From positions 1-31,510 of IMG/VR virus record IMGVR_UViG_3300017766_000582: a stretch of 31,510 nt of DNA, one strand, 5' to 3'. Numbering within the stretch: position 1 is the stretch's first letter; each line of letters opens with the position of its first letter. Below, piece after piece: positions 8,385-18,397 of this stretch. Made by a program: the position numbers and the translations under genes. Origin of the DNA: a virus (taxonomy: Duplodnaviria > Caudoviricetes). The notes below the pieces were generated by a model, which was given only the letters and a program-made list of their open reading frames with translations, was not told where the DNA came from and ran no database searches.

Positions 8385-11300
8385 TATTGTTCCCACGGCT
8401 TAGGTACACCTGTAATTCTAAGTTTAGTAAAATCTTCACCACGTAAAACTGAAGCGGGTTGTGTAATTATCCGTTGTTGTGATGCGTTTGGATTTAAAAT
8501 AGATATACCCGGTGGAACGACTGAACCTGTTGACGGTGTGTCATGACATTGAGTGTAAGTTGTTCCGGGTTGTAACTCTGAAGTTGGTCGGTATCTGAAC
8601 CGTCCTTGAATTTGCGTAGTCCATCCATTTTGTGAAGTAAACTTATGGACTACTTTAGTTACTACGTAGAATCCTCGTTCTAGAATAGACGGTACGCGGT
8701 CTACCAAAAATGATTGAAATAAGTTTACACCACCTATGCCTGGTAGGGTAACTTCTGCCACGGTTTTCGTAAGATTCGAACTATTAAATGCGTGCGCGAC
8801 TGGCTGTACTCTACCCGTTTCTGCATTAGTAGAATCTATATTTAATTGCTTCATCATTCGAGACGGATTAATTTCAATTAATTCTAGTGCGGTACCCAAG
8901 TGAGCATATTCTCGAACAAAGTTTACTAAATTCGGATTACCTAACGCAACAGTAGCATCCCCCACATCTATACGAGCCTGCGTATCATCTACTCTGAGTT
9001 GCGCTCTTCTAATATCATCTCCGTACGGTCCAGTATACGGATTTTGACTGGCGATACGTTCTGCTTCTGTTGGTGTATATCCCGCGTTTTGTAATCCACC
9101 CAACTGACGTAGTTTTGCACTTTGTAACGCAACTGATGCTAAACGTTGTTCCTCGCGTAAATTTTTTAATGTATCATCTTCACACGCAGCTTCTGTTATG
9201 CAATCTTCTCCGGGATTACATGGAGTGAATAAATTTTGAATTAATGACAACTCTCGTAATTCTTTTACATTAATTGATTGTAATGTTCCCTTTTGAGCCG
9301 GGCCACCGATATTAGCTATAGCCTGAACCGCAACCACTTGTGGTAAATTAAAATCTACAGTCAAATCAAGTAAATCACTGCCGAGTTCCCCATCTTGGAA
9401 TAATTTAGTTTTTCTATTAAACATATAGATATACTGTGCATCATCACTGCCTGGAGATGCTTCGTATCTATCTACTTTAACTCCAGAAACACTATTCAAA
9501 ATATTATTTGATTGTAGTTCTTCTAAATCAATATTTAATTCTGATTTCTTTTCCCTGCTTTCCAATCTCGTTAGTGGTTTAGATAACCCCATGTCAATAA
9601 TGTGCATACCGGGATTATTTACATCAGTTGAGTACAGTTGTAAGTTCCAGTACCCTTCTGTTGCAGAATTCATTGTATTCAACAAGTTACTGATTGCTGA
9701 ACTGACGGTATCTGCCGATGTAAAGGCCTGCTTAATGGCTTTGGTATTTACCCATACTCCACGATAAAGGTATGATGCCCCTGCTTGAGAATTTATACCA
9801 TTAAGTGTATTTTCAAATGGGGTAGACGCTGCGTAAAACTGGTCAAGTAGGTTATCATTATTTAAAATTTGTAACCGTTCAGACCCAGCTGAAGATCCTG
9901 ATATTTCTGCGAATCGAATAATACTTCTGTATCTACTTTTATCCAAAGAAGTTTCGTATGACTGTTGAGCTCTTGGATTAAATATTACCATTGCTTCTGG
10001 GTTGACCGACCGTAAGTTGGGATGGTACCCTACTTGATTAGCAATAAGTCCTTTACTAGACTCGTCTTCTGTTGCTTCTTTAGCAATACGTAATACTGCC
10101 AACGCGGCCGCGTCAGCAGTACCCAACATACTAGCAATGCCATAGGCTGAATCATTTAATATTTTTTCTACGAAAAATCTCCAGCTAACGAAATATTCAT
10201 TTTCTCTGGTTCCACCTTCCGAACTAGCGGCACCCGTACTATTTGATTCTTGATTTCGAATTGGAATAATTTGTCCTTTCCACAAATCATCTCTTAGAGA
10301 ATTAGACATTAACTTGCTAAATGAATTTTCCTTCCAAGAATACGCATTATTAAAATATTCTTGGATATCCATTGTTTTACAATTTGTTGTTGGACTTGAG
10401 CATGTAGATTTTACACCCGTGTGCTTTGTCGGAACTTCAAATTGTTGAACCGAATGAGCCGTAATGCTGATTTCGTAAGTATTATTTTTGTTATACTTTA
10501 AATTAAAATTAGCTACATAGCAAATGAAGATTTCATAATTTCCGTGATTCTTATAGATATAGTTTTTAATGAACTCTTTTTGTTTATCGGGACTGACAAT
10601 TAAATCACTAAATTCTTTTTGAATAGCATCTTTTGATTGGTTCCAGTCGTACGGGGTAATCTTAAATTCATTTTTGTCAGACGACATTCTCCCTAATTCT
10701 AACACAACTCTAGTTGCGGGTCGTAAGAAGTATGTAAGTAATGCATCTACTTGACCAACCGAGTATGCAGTAATTTTTATATCTGCCTTGAGCAACCCAC
10801 CACGAACGCCCATAGGACCAGCCGTACTACGTTCTGCGTTGATTTGAGTAATGCCAGGAATGGGAATGTTACGTTGGTCTGTTGCGGCCGCACTGCTAGA
10901 TACTACAACAGGAATCCGTATTGGTTTCCCATCATCTCCGTTTGCGGTAGCATATCCAATAATACTTCTGTTACCTCGTGGATAATAGATATCGTCAAAT
11001 GAGACTTCAGAATTTCCCGTTATTCCAATTGATGGGCACCATGCTTCCCCTCTGGAGGTCAAATTACTACTTTTTACATTCATCAATGAAGTCAACTTTA
11101 CAAACGGCATATATGTATTAGCCGTTTCAGCAGCCACTCTCCGGCGTGTCAATTCATATTGAATTTTTGGATGAAATGATTCTAGTGAACTAATAAAAGG
11201 ACTGACCGCCGAACTACCAAATTCTGGAGCTTTGGAAAGTACCGCAACCGCAGTTCCCTCGACACTAGGAATACGGTCTAACCCGACAGCTTTCCAATAC

Positions 11301-11911
11301 TCGTTGACCTGTTGTCTCGCTCCCTCTTGATTATCATCGTCCCACCGGGCCTTTCCGTCAGTTGAATTCCACAGTCTAAGTTGTCCTACAGCGGTTTCTT
11401 TTATAAGCGCTGCATGTTGCCTACTTCTCGGACGAAGTACGACGAATGCGCGTTCTAAGTCACTTTCTTTTATATTTCTTGTGCCGACTTTTGCTGCACC
11501 AGTTTTTTTCTTTAAATTTCCACCAATAGCGGTATATACGGGCCCACTTACAGTAAATGATTCTAAAATATTTTTACCGGTAATAACATCACCGTGAGAA
11601 ACTCCAACCCACGGATCTGTATCATATGTTAAATTATTCCATACTCCAGTTGTGTCGTCTGGTCTATTGGTTACGAGAATATCACCATCACGTAGTTCTA
11701 TAAATCTTCCTTGACCACGTTGGCCTGCGGGCACTATTGGATTTAATGCGTCAAATGGATATTTTCCTGGATTGCTTCGAATTTCTTGTGCATACGCAGT
11801 ATGCATAATTTTGTTCTGTGGCCACGACAATCCAGTTGTTTTGGTACTTGTTTGCTTAACAACCCAAGATATAAACGCCGCACTCCACGGTGCATCTGAT
11901 ATAGTAGACAT
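8384..11911 (-). CDS. Baseplate hub-like protein (gp27/GPD/VgrG-like C-terminus) with N-terminal CHAP/DUF2272-like amidase domain
   Basis: 1175 aa. N-terminus has PWSAAFISWV, GDILV..R, SHGDVI and IGGN. C-terminus VTLPGI...GFYVVTKVVHKFTSQNGWTTQI resembles hub-protein ends. It follows the LysM gene as in contractile-tail gene order. Confidence 0.65.
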   Translation of the reverse strand: MSTISDAPWSAAFISWVVKQTSTKTTGLSWPQNKIMHTAYAQEIRSNPGKYPFDALNPIVPAGQRGQGRFIELRDGDILVTNRPDDTTGVWNNLTYDTDPWVGVSHGDVITGKNILESFTVSGPVYTAIGGNLKKKTGAAKVGTRNIKESDLERAFVVLRPRSRQHAALIKETAVGQLRLWNSTDGKARWDDDNQEGARQQVNEYWKAVGLDRIPSVEGTAVAVLSKAPEFGSSAVSPFISSLESFHPKIQYELTRRRVAAETANTYMPFVKLTSLMNVKSSNLTSRGEAWCPSIGITGNSEVSFDDIYYPRGNRSIIGYATANGDDGKPIRIPVVVSSSAAATDQRNIPIPGITQINAERSTAGPMGVRGGLLKADIKITAYSVGQVDALLTYFLRPATRVVLELGRMSSDKNEFKITPYDWNQSKDAIQKEFSDLIVSPDKQKEFIKNYIYKNHGNYEIFICYVANFNLKYNKNNTYEISITAHSVQQFEVPTKHTGVKSTCSSPTTNCKTMDIQEYFNNAYSWKENSFSKLMSNSLRDDLWKGQIIPIRNQESNSTGAASSEGGTRENEYFVSWRFFVEKILNDSAYGIASMLGTADAAALAVLRIAKEATEDESSKGLIANQVGYHPNLRSVNPEAMVIFNPRAQQSYETSLDKSRYRSIIRFAEISGSSAGSERLQILNNDNLLDQFYAASTPFENTLNGINSQAGASYLYRGVWVNTKAIKQAFTSADTVSSAISNLLNTMNSATEGYWNLQLYSTDVNNPGMHIIDMGLSKPLTRLESREKKSELNIDLEELQSNNILNSVSGVKVDRYEASPGSDDAQYIYMFNRKTKLFQDGELGSDLLDLTVDFNLPQVVAVQAIANIGGPAQKGTLQSINVKELRELSLIQNLFTPCNPGEDCITEAACEDDTLKNLREEQRLASVALQSAKLRQLGGLQNAGYTPTEAERIASQNPYTGPYGDDIRRAQLRVDDTQARIDVGDATVALGNPNLVNFVREYAHLGTALELIEINPSRMMKQLNIDSTNAETGRVQPVAHAFNSSNLTKTVAEVTLPGIGGVNLFQSFLVDRVPSILERGFYVVTKVVHKFTSQNGWTTQIQGRFRYRPTSELQPGTTYTQCHDTPSTGSVVPPGISILNPNASQQRIITQPASVLRGEDFTKLRITGVPKPWEQ

Positions 11912-11912
11912 A

Positions 11913-12170
11913 TTAAATATTTGGAATAAATAAACGTGTGCCCGGTTGTACCGCTAAACTTCCGTTCGTTAAGAAGTTTGCTTTTGCGATAACCCACCAG
12001 TTTTCAGGAGTTTTATAGAATCTATTGGAAATAGAATCTAATCTATCACCTTCCTGCACCACATAATAAAATGGAATATCTTCCGTAGGAATCTTTGTGG
12101 TCAGTTGTGTAGTATAATATGGAATATTTTTTGAATTGTCAATTGCCAATGGTCGATTATATCTATCCAT
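11913..12170 (-). CDS. LysM-domain baseplate protein (P2 gpX / T4 gp53-like)
   Basis: 85 aa. YVVQEGDRLDSISNRFY....WWVIAKAN...VQPGTRLFIP. Confidence 0.85.
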   Translation of the reverse strand: MDRYNRPLAIDNSKNIPYYTTQLTTKIPTEDIPFYYVVQEGDRLDSISNRFYKTPENWWVIAKANFLTNGSLAVQPGTRLFIPNI

Positions 12171-12171
12171 A

Positions 12172-14067
12172 TTAGACTTCTCCTAGGAAACGTAAAATAC
12201 ATGCGTCTTTATCTTCAGAATCTCTACAGAACATTTCAGCATATGCCCGTCTAGCTTCATTTGCATTATTATTTGCTCTTGCGTTAAAATCTGTCTTTAA
12301 AATAGATTTCGCAATATTTTCTGTAGCAGATATTGTCGGTAGACGTAATTGAGGAACACGAACTGCTGAAATAGATGGTGTATTGGTTAATGAGCGAAGT
12401 CGGACACTATCTCGTAAACTTAAGGTAGAATTTACAGTTGCATCAAACAATCTACCAACCTGTACCGCACCTTGTGCAGTACCAATGTTAGTAAACGTAC
12501 CTAATCTATTTGAAGAATAACTCTTTTGGTCTACGGACAAATCTTCCGTAACCTTGTAGAATGGACTGTTGTAGAACTTACTACGCTTTTCGAGTAATGA
12601 GATAGTCATTGATACATTGATAGCTTGTGACACCTCTTTATCAATATCAAACGTAATTGAATCATCAATCATATCAAAATCTAAAGTCTCTACATAACAC
12701 GGTTGACTATCGTAGATACCACCAACGGTGATTTTGAATAACGGTGGCGTCATAAATCCACTATCGGATACTCCGGCTGGAAATGCTAATCCAGTAAGAT
12801 AATTTATTCTTGTCCACATATTCATTAATTCCATTTGTGAGAACGCCGCAATATTGAAATTAATTGTTACGGAACGCTTTGCTCCACCATAGGTAACGAA
12901 TCTTTCTGTTCGGCCAACATATCGTTGTTCGGTAAATTCTGTTTTAGTAGATTCTTTTAATTGTGAAATAAACGCTCTAAATTGTACAGTATCACCATTA
13001 CTATTAGTAAACGCAAACTTTACAATATCTGTTTTTCTGGGATGCGCTTGGTTGATACCACTATAACTAAGTCTATTTTCTTCTGGGTTGGTGCCGAATC
13101 CAACAGCATTTAATGGGTCACTAACGACACTATTTTTTCCATTAACAACAGGATTAATACCGCTGGTTTCTACTACAGAAGTAGCTGCACTATCTGTATA
13201 GAACTTATATTCTCCTAAATACTTACTATTTAATCTGTCCTTTGTGTTTCTAAGTTGCTTGTTTCTAAAGTCCACCGCAGCGTTAATAAAACTTGGAATC
13301 TTGTCTGGTTCCTTTAATTTATCCGGTGTAGGAATGACATTTCCAGTTATCCGCTTGACCGTATTAGAGAATAAATTAGTAAGTGAAGATGCTGCTTTTC
13401 GTAACAAGATACCTTTAATTGACGCCGTTGCCGCCAAGCGCGGTACCCCACGCTGACTAAGCGGTTGTGGGTCTAATATTACTGGACCTGTGAAATCGGC
13501 TCTATTGTATTTGAATGTTTTATATTCTGGTCTAGATTCTAGATAATTTTGTGGAAGAGGAACAATAGTATTTGCAGCCCGTTTTAATTGTGTGGATATA
13601 AATGACCCAAACGAAGGTAACTTAGTTCCACCGGTGGTAGTAATACTAATACGTCCGCTGAGGTCTGAAACGGTATTATTTTGAAGTAATCCAGATGGAT
13701 TCGGTACTACTGCCGATGTTACGATATGACGACGAGCGTGCACGAATGGAACAACATTTAATAATATGGATGCTGGATTAAACAACTTGGTATTAACGAA
13801 GGTATTACCAGTTTGTAATAATGTTTGTTTGGTAATGAAAAGCAGACCATCAGACGATTTTAAGAATTTACTGACTCTCGTAAAGTCACGTAAAGTAGAC
13901 ACCACGGGAACAGCCCGAGTGTCATTCTTAATTCTACTACGAGAATCAGCGGTGTCTGGAAGAATACTGACGTACGGTTGTCCATCGGGAGTTTGTCTGG
14001 TAGCAAACTTCCCATAAATTTCTTGCGATGATTGGGCAAACCGGTCAGCTAATGTCGTAAATGCCAT
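12172..14067 (-). CDS. Baseplate/tail-tube initiator-like structural protein
   Basis: 631 aa. The central tube-fold-like segment is FRAFISQLKES...YVGRTERFVTYGGAKRSVTINFNI...PPLFKITVGGIY. It sits between tape measure and LysM, the gpU-equivalent position. Confidence 0.55.
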   Translation of the reverse strand: MAFTTLADRFAQSSQEIYGKFATRQTPDGQPYVSILPDTADSRSRIKNDTRAVPVVSTLRDFTRVSKFLKSSDGLLFITKQTLLQTGNTFVNTKLFNPASILLNVVPFVHARRHIVTSAVVPNPSGLLQNNTVSDLSGRISITTTGGTKLPSFGSFISTQLKRAANTIVPLPQNYLESRPEYKTFKYNRADFTGPVILDPQPLSQRGVPRLAATASIKGILLRKAASSLTNLFSNTVKRITGNVIPTPDKLKEPDKIPSFINAAVDFRNKQLRNTKDRLNSKYLGEYKFYTDSAATSVVETSGINPVVNGKNSVVSDPLNAVGFGTNPEENRLSYSGINQAHPRKTDIVKFAFTNSNGDTVQFRAFISQLKESTKTEFTEQRYVGRTERFVTYGGAKRSVTINFNIAAFSQMELMNMWTRINYLTGLAFPAGVSDSGFMTPPLFKITVGGIYDSQPCYVETLDFDMIDDSITFDIDKEVSQAINVSMTISLLEKRSKFYNSPFYKVTEDLSVDQKSYSSNRLGTFTNIGTAQGAVQVGRLFDATVNSTLSLRDSVRLRSLTNTPSISAVRVPQLRLPTISATENIAKSILKTDFNARANNNANEARRAYAEMFCRDSEDKDACILRFLGEV

Positions 14068-14069
14068 AA

Positions 14070-15524
14070 TTATGCTCTCTCATTACGTGAGTATACACCA
14101 ACTAAACTCATACGAGGAACCGTTCTCGTTGTGCCATCAATAGTAATAGTAGTATTTGCGTTTTGTAATGTAGCAATTAACGTATCAACTTTTCTATTCA
14201 ATTCAGACGTATCACCAGATTGTAATGTTCCAGGTGACATCAACCGAGTACCAGCTAATACGGTATCATTATTATTCAGTGCTACCGCACCAGTTGGTGT
14301 TACTAATGTACGTTCACCATAGGTAGATATTACATCGTCTCCCTTGAACATACTGTATAATCCATATCCTACCGCTGCTGTGGCAGCAACTGCAGCGATT
14401 TCTGGTGCGAAAACTGCCAAAGCTGTACCACCCAACGCCTTTCCAAAACTACTCAGTGCTCCACCACCGAGCGCAGTGCCAGCTGCGGTAGCTACTATTT
14501 GTTTTGCTAAACCACCAAAAGTAGAATTAACTGCATTTGCTGCAACCGATAGTGCTGCCAACGCTTTAGATGTATTGGTAGCGTTAGTCCCCAACGTGCT
14601 TAATTGAGAATCTAAAGTATCAGCGGTGGTTCGTACTTGACCAGCACGGAGTAATTGTTCCGATGATACGCCAAGTTGTTCAAATAATGAACGGAAACTA
14701 GTGCTTTTAAAGAATTCCGATGGGACCGTTGCTTGAAGATATGCTAATAATGCATCTGGTCCTTCTGTTTCTGCTATCTTAACAAGTGTACCAAAATCTA
14801 CTTGTGACCCTAGTTGATTAAGTTGAGCTACCGTATCAATTGTACTATCTAAGTTGGTAACCAATCCAGCTTGGGCTGATTGGATTGATGCCAAACTGAC
14901 TCCAATCTTTTCAGCGTCTGCTGCAGCCTTAGCAAAACTGTTCCCGTATAATAAGAATGAAAGTGTATTTTTATTTACTACTGTTGCAAGTTGGTTAGAT
15001 GACAAACTTGCCCGACCAGTAGCTTGACGAAATGCGGTAAATTGGTCGGCAGTTGTTGCCCCAATAATAGTCAATGCTCGTAATGACTCTCCCGTTAACT
15101 CAAATTCCGAACCAAATCCACCTTTTAAATTACTTGCCAGTTGCGCAGCGCCTTGTGCACTGAATTTAAATCCATCTCGAACACCGATGAAAGTATCTGC
15201 TAATGATTTTTCAACTGCTTGGATTTGAGTAAGTGAGGCTGCTCTATTGGCTTCTAAAGTAATGATTTGACGAACAGCTTGTGCACGATTTTTAAGTTCT
15301 AGTTCTATCCCAGCGGTAGCGGACACTCCAATCGTTTGACCAAACTTTCGACCAGCATCTGCTACTTTTAGTATCTCACTACCCAACTCAGTTAGATTTT
15401 TCTTAAAGGCCTTAGTAGCCGCATTACTATCTCTACTATTTTCTTGACTCTTGCCAAGCGATTCTGCTAATGCAGTTATCGCACTGCTTAATGATGTAAA
15501 ATCTTCTTGGGTTGGATCTGCCAT
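14070..15524 (-). CDS. Putative tail tape measure protein (short)
   Basis: 484 aa, Ala/Ser/Thr/Leu-rich and helical in character, with a hydrophobic Gly/Ala stretch near the C-terminus. It lies directly downstream of the chaperone pair. Confidence 0.6.
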   Translation of the reverse strand: MADPTQEDFTSLSSAITALAESLGKSQENSRDSNAATKAFKKNLTELGSEILKVADAGRKFGQTIGVSATAGIELELKNRAQAVRQIITLEANRAASLTQIQAVEKSLADTFIGVRDGFKFSAQGAAQLASNLKGGFGSEFELTGESLRALTIIGATTADQFTAFRQATGRASLSSNQLATVVNKNTLSFLLYGNSFAKAAADAEKIGVSLASIQSAQAGLVTNLDSTIDTVAQLNQLGSQVDFGTLVKIAETEGPDALLAYLQATVPSEFFKSTSFRSLFEQLGVSSEQLLRAGQVRTTADTLDSQLSTLGTNATNTSKALAALSVAANAVNSTFGGLAKQIVATAAGTALGGGALSSFGKALGGTALAVFAPEIAAVAATAAVGYGLYSMFKGDDVISTYGERTLVTPTGAVALNNNDTVLAGTRLMSPGTLQSGDTSELNRKVDTLIATLQNANTTITIDGTTRTVPRMSLVGVYSRNERA

Positions 15525-15527
15525 AGA

Positions 15528-15731
15528 TTATCTCTTGGAAGGTTTACTACGTTGTGTTGATTTAATTGCTTCTGCTTCCTTTTCCTTCGTTTCTTCTAAT
15601 TGTTTCATATAGAAGTTTCGTAAGTAAACCGGCATATTATAAACTTGGTCAAAATTAAACGCCCCATTACTATAATACGCTAATGTAAACAACATTTTAT
15701 GAATTTGAATTTTATTCTCAGAGGTCAGGCC
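15528..15731 (-). CDS. gp51-like / tail-chaperone extension, probably expressed by +1 frameshift from the upstream gene
   Basis: Reads GLTSENKIQIHKMLFTLAYYSNGAFNFDQVYNMPVYLRNFYMKQLEETKEKE, with a Y.MP..LR.FY motif typical of small tail-chaperone/gp51-like proteins. It overlaps the upstream ORF at a T7 run and its internal ATG has no SD. Confidence 0.6.
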   Translation of the reverse strand, partial: GLTSENKIQIHKMLFTLAYYSNGAFNFDQVYNMPVYLRNFYMKQLEETKEKEAEAIKSTQRSKPSKR

Positions 15732-16464
15732 AAAAAAAGTTTGCCCCAATGGGCATCCTCGCTGCGGTAGTAGTGTCACACGAAGAACAAGTAATATTCA
15801 AATTAAAGTCAACGTCAGGCGAAACCTTCTTCATTTCTTCTCGAAGTGCCCGAATATCACGAATAATCATTGCTTCTGCAAATTCTCTGATATTCTTCTT
15901 GTCCCGATTACCATTTACAGAAGTAATGATATACTTTAATCTTGTTGCCGTATCCCCTTCAATAGACCCATTAATTTTCTTTAAAGACTCTACTTCGGAT
16001 TGGATATTCTTTTCATCACCGCGAGTCAACAGTTTGAACGTAATACTGATTCCTGTTGGTAATGTAAAGGCATGTTCTCCGTTTACTGATGCGTTTTCTG
16101 GCGTAATCGTATCTAGCTTTGAAAGGTCCACCACGTGGTCAATCTTTCTGCCACAAGACGAACACGGTAATTGAATTGGATAGTCTTTTCCATACCCAAG
16201 AATACGAGAGGCAATCATCACCGCATTTAAATCCCCGACCAATAAATCATCGGGCTTCACTCCTTTGGTGACAATCAAACTTTCCATCAATCTATCAATA
16301 ACTACACCCTTTTGGATAAGGTTGGTTGAAGTCAAGATATCTTCTTCCTTAGCGGTCATATACTTGATATCAATTGTCCCGCTCCGTAACGGACTCCCTT
16401 CTGGATAGAGCTTCCCACCACTTGGGAGGTCTATCGTTTCTGTCGGGAAATTGTATTCTGCCAT
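15718..16464 (-). CDS. T4 gp26-like baseplate hub assembly / tail assembly chaperone
   Basis: 248 aa. IDLPSGGKLYP, IKYMTAKEEDILTS, LLVGDLNAVMIASRILGYGKDY, two CSSC (CxxC) motifs and the terminus FFWPDL. SD is AAGGAG. Confidence 0.75.
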   Translation of the reverse strand: MAEYNFPTETIDLPSGGKLYPEGSPLRSGTIDIKYMTAKEEDILTSTNLIQKGVVIDRLMESLIVTKGVKPDDLLVGDLNAVMIASRILGYGKDYPIQLPCSSCGRKIDHVVDLSKLDTITPENASVNGEHAFTLPTGISITFKLLTRGDEKNIQSEVESLKKINGSIEGDTATRLKYIITSVNGNRDKKNIREFAEAMIIRDIRALREEMKKVSPDVDFNLNITCSSCDTTTAARMPIGANFFWPDL

Positions 16465-16499
16465 AAATAACTCCTTAAACTATTTGGTTTTACCACCTA

Positions 16500-16507
16500 T
16501 ATAAATA
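16500..16507 (-). promoter_or_regulatory. TATTTATA putative late promoter heading the tail/baseplate block
   Basis: Minus strand TAATATTTATATAG, 35 nt upstream of ATG 16464. Confidence 0.6.
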
Positions 16508-18397
16508 TTAATCTTCTATATTTTGAGTGGAAATATCCTGCTTATAAACACTATTAATTTTCTTGACGAATTCCTTAAAATAGGACTTTGACCGCTCAGG
16601 AGTAACCAACGCCCCGTCCACTACAAGGTCAGCCACCTGCTGTTTTTCTTTGAGAATATCCCGCATATATTCGTCAATGGTATCGGCACATAACATATAA
16701 TAGACTTGGACCTGACTCTTTTGACCGATACGGTGGGTGCGGTCCTCTGCTTGTTCGTGGTTTGCGGGTACCCAATCGCAATTGAGGAATACGACCGTAT
16801 CTATCTGTTTCTGCAGTCCGTCGATACCCATACCGGCTGCCAAGAGACTGAACAATCCGACTTTTGCTTCCCCACTGGTCAAGCGGTCAATAGACTTCTG
16901 ACGTTCCTTACTATTCATTTCACCCGTCAAGATAGCCGATTTCTGTCCATAATGTTCTTCTAAGAACTTCAAAGGGGCGATATAGTTACTGAAAATAAGA
17001 ATGGGTTTATCGTTGTCCAAGAATTCATCAATCATTTCTACCAATCGTGGCATTTTCTTTTCAATAAGGAACCCTTGGAGTTTTGGCATATGACCGATAG
17101 AAGGTTTCTCAACTTTCCACTTACCAAATACTTCCCTGAGTAATTCTTTATATTGTTTCTGCTCGTCCTTTGTTAATTCTACGTACAGGTCGTTTCTCTG
17201 CTTCGCAGGCAGTTCGGTCAAGATTTGTTCCTTCTTTCTGCGGATGACCAAATCCTTTGTACGGTCGTGGAGGTCTTGAAGATTTCGTGGAGCGTCACCC
17301 TTCCATCCACCGTAGCGTTGGGTGAAATGGAAGAAGTTGTTGAAACGTTCTTTGTCGAGGAAGTTCAACAAAGCAAACGCTTCAATAGGACGAGACATTA
17401 CTGGTGTACCCGTAAGGAACAGACAATATTTGGTTTTGATACCCGGATACTTTCGTCGTTCCTTATATGACCCCAGAATACTCTTTGCTCGAATCGTTTG
17501 TCTATTTTTCAAATAGGTAGCTTCGTCACAAACTAACAAATCAAATTCCTGCTTCCGTAAATCTGCTGCGACCTTCGCAACGGCGTCATAATGAACAATA
17601 TGGAACTGGTTATTCAACTTTCCATCATAGTGTTTACTATCCCACACAGTAGAATCTTTTCCAGTAAACTTCTTGATTTCACGTTGCCAGTTGACCACCA
17701 CGGAGAGTGGGCAGACAATAATGGTTTTTAAATTCTTATGTTGTGCGAATCCGATTGCTTGTGCGGTCTTCCCCAGACCAGGCGCATCTGCGATAAGACA
17801 CCGACCATCAGCACGTTCCACGAACTTGACTCCGACTTTCTGATATGGGTAGAGTTGAAGTTGCATCCCCTTAATATCAAATTCCACATCTTCTTTGACC
17901 CGAATCTCATCCAAATCTTCTCTGCGGTCTTTTAACTTATTCAAGAGGTTGAGTACTTTGTCATCACAAATAATATTTTCTTCCCCAAAGACTTTGAATA
18001 GTTTGGGCAGATGTACGGCGGGAAATTCCCACGTTTTGTTTTCCCCATTCCACTTCCGTCCGTCTATTTCATACTTGAACCGTTCCATCAAAGGTGGGTT
18101 ATATGGCATAGAAACAGCCCCCGTTTTACTATCAAGTAGCGTAACGGTGACTTGTACAGAGGTTGAGGTTTGGGGTTTTTCTGCCGCAGGCGCTTGGGAG
18201 GTGCGGGCAATTTTTAAATGAGAAATATCTTCACCAGCCAATACCAACTTAGCTGCTTCTTTCCAAACTTCGGGAATACCAATCGTCGTGGTCATCCATT
18301 GAAGGTATGATTGGTTCCGATAATATATCGTCGAAAGCGAATATCCTTTAAACTTACCCCACGTGAGTATTGCAGTATCAGCTGACGGATGTACCAT
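16508..18397 (-). CDS. SNF2-family ATPase with HARP-like domain (SMARCAL1-like annealing helicase)
   Basis: 629 aa. LYPYQ, ADAPGLGKT, VCPLSV..NW..E, CDEAT, LTGTP, GMGIDGL and QAEDRTHRIGQ. HARP-like segment PYNPPLMERFK..IDGRKWN...KTWEFP, and a small N-terminal WGKFKG...YLQW domain. Confidence 0.9.
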   Translation of the reverse strand: MVHPSADTAILTWGKFKGYSLSTIYYRNQSYLQWMTTTIGIPEVWKEAAKLVLAGEDISHLKIARTSQAPAAEKPQTSTSVQVTVTLLDSKTGAVSMPYNPPLMERFKYEIDGRKWNGENKTWEFPAVHLPKLFKVFGEENIICDDKVLNLLNKLKDRREDLDEIRVKEDVEFDIKGMQLQLYPYQKVGVKFVERADGRCLIADAPGLGKTAQAIGFAQHKNLKTIIVCPLSVVVNWQREIKKFTGKDSTVWDSKHYDGKLNNQFHIVHYDAVAKVAADLRKQEFDLLVCDEATYLKNRQTIRAKSILGSYKERRKYPGIKTKYCLFLTGTPVMSRPIEAFALLNFLDKERFNNFFHFTQRYGGWKGDAPRNLQDLHDRTKDLVIRRKKEQILTELPAKQRNDLYVELTKDEQKQYKELLREVFGKWKVEKPSIGHMPKLQGFLIEKKMPRLVEMIDEFLDNDKPILIFSNYIAPLKFLEEHYGQKSAILTGEMNSKERQKSIDRLTSGEAKVGLFSLLAAGMGIDGLQKQIDTVVFLNCDWVPANHEQAEDRTHRIGQKSQVQVYYMLCADTIDEYMRDILKEKQQVADLVVDGALVTPERSKSYFKEFVKKINSVYKQDISTQNIED

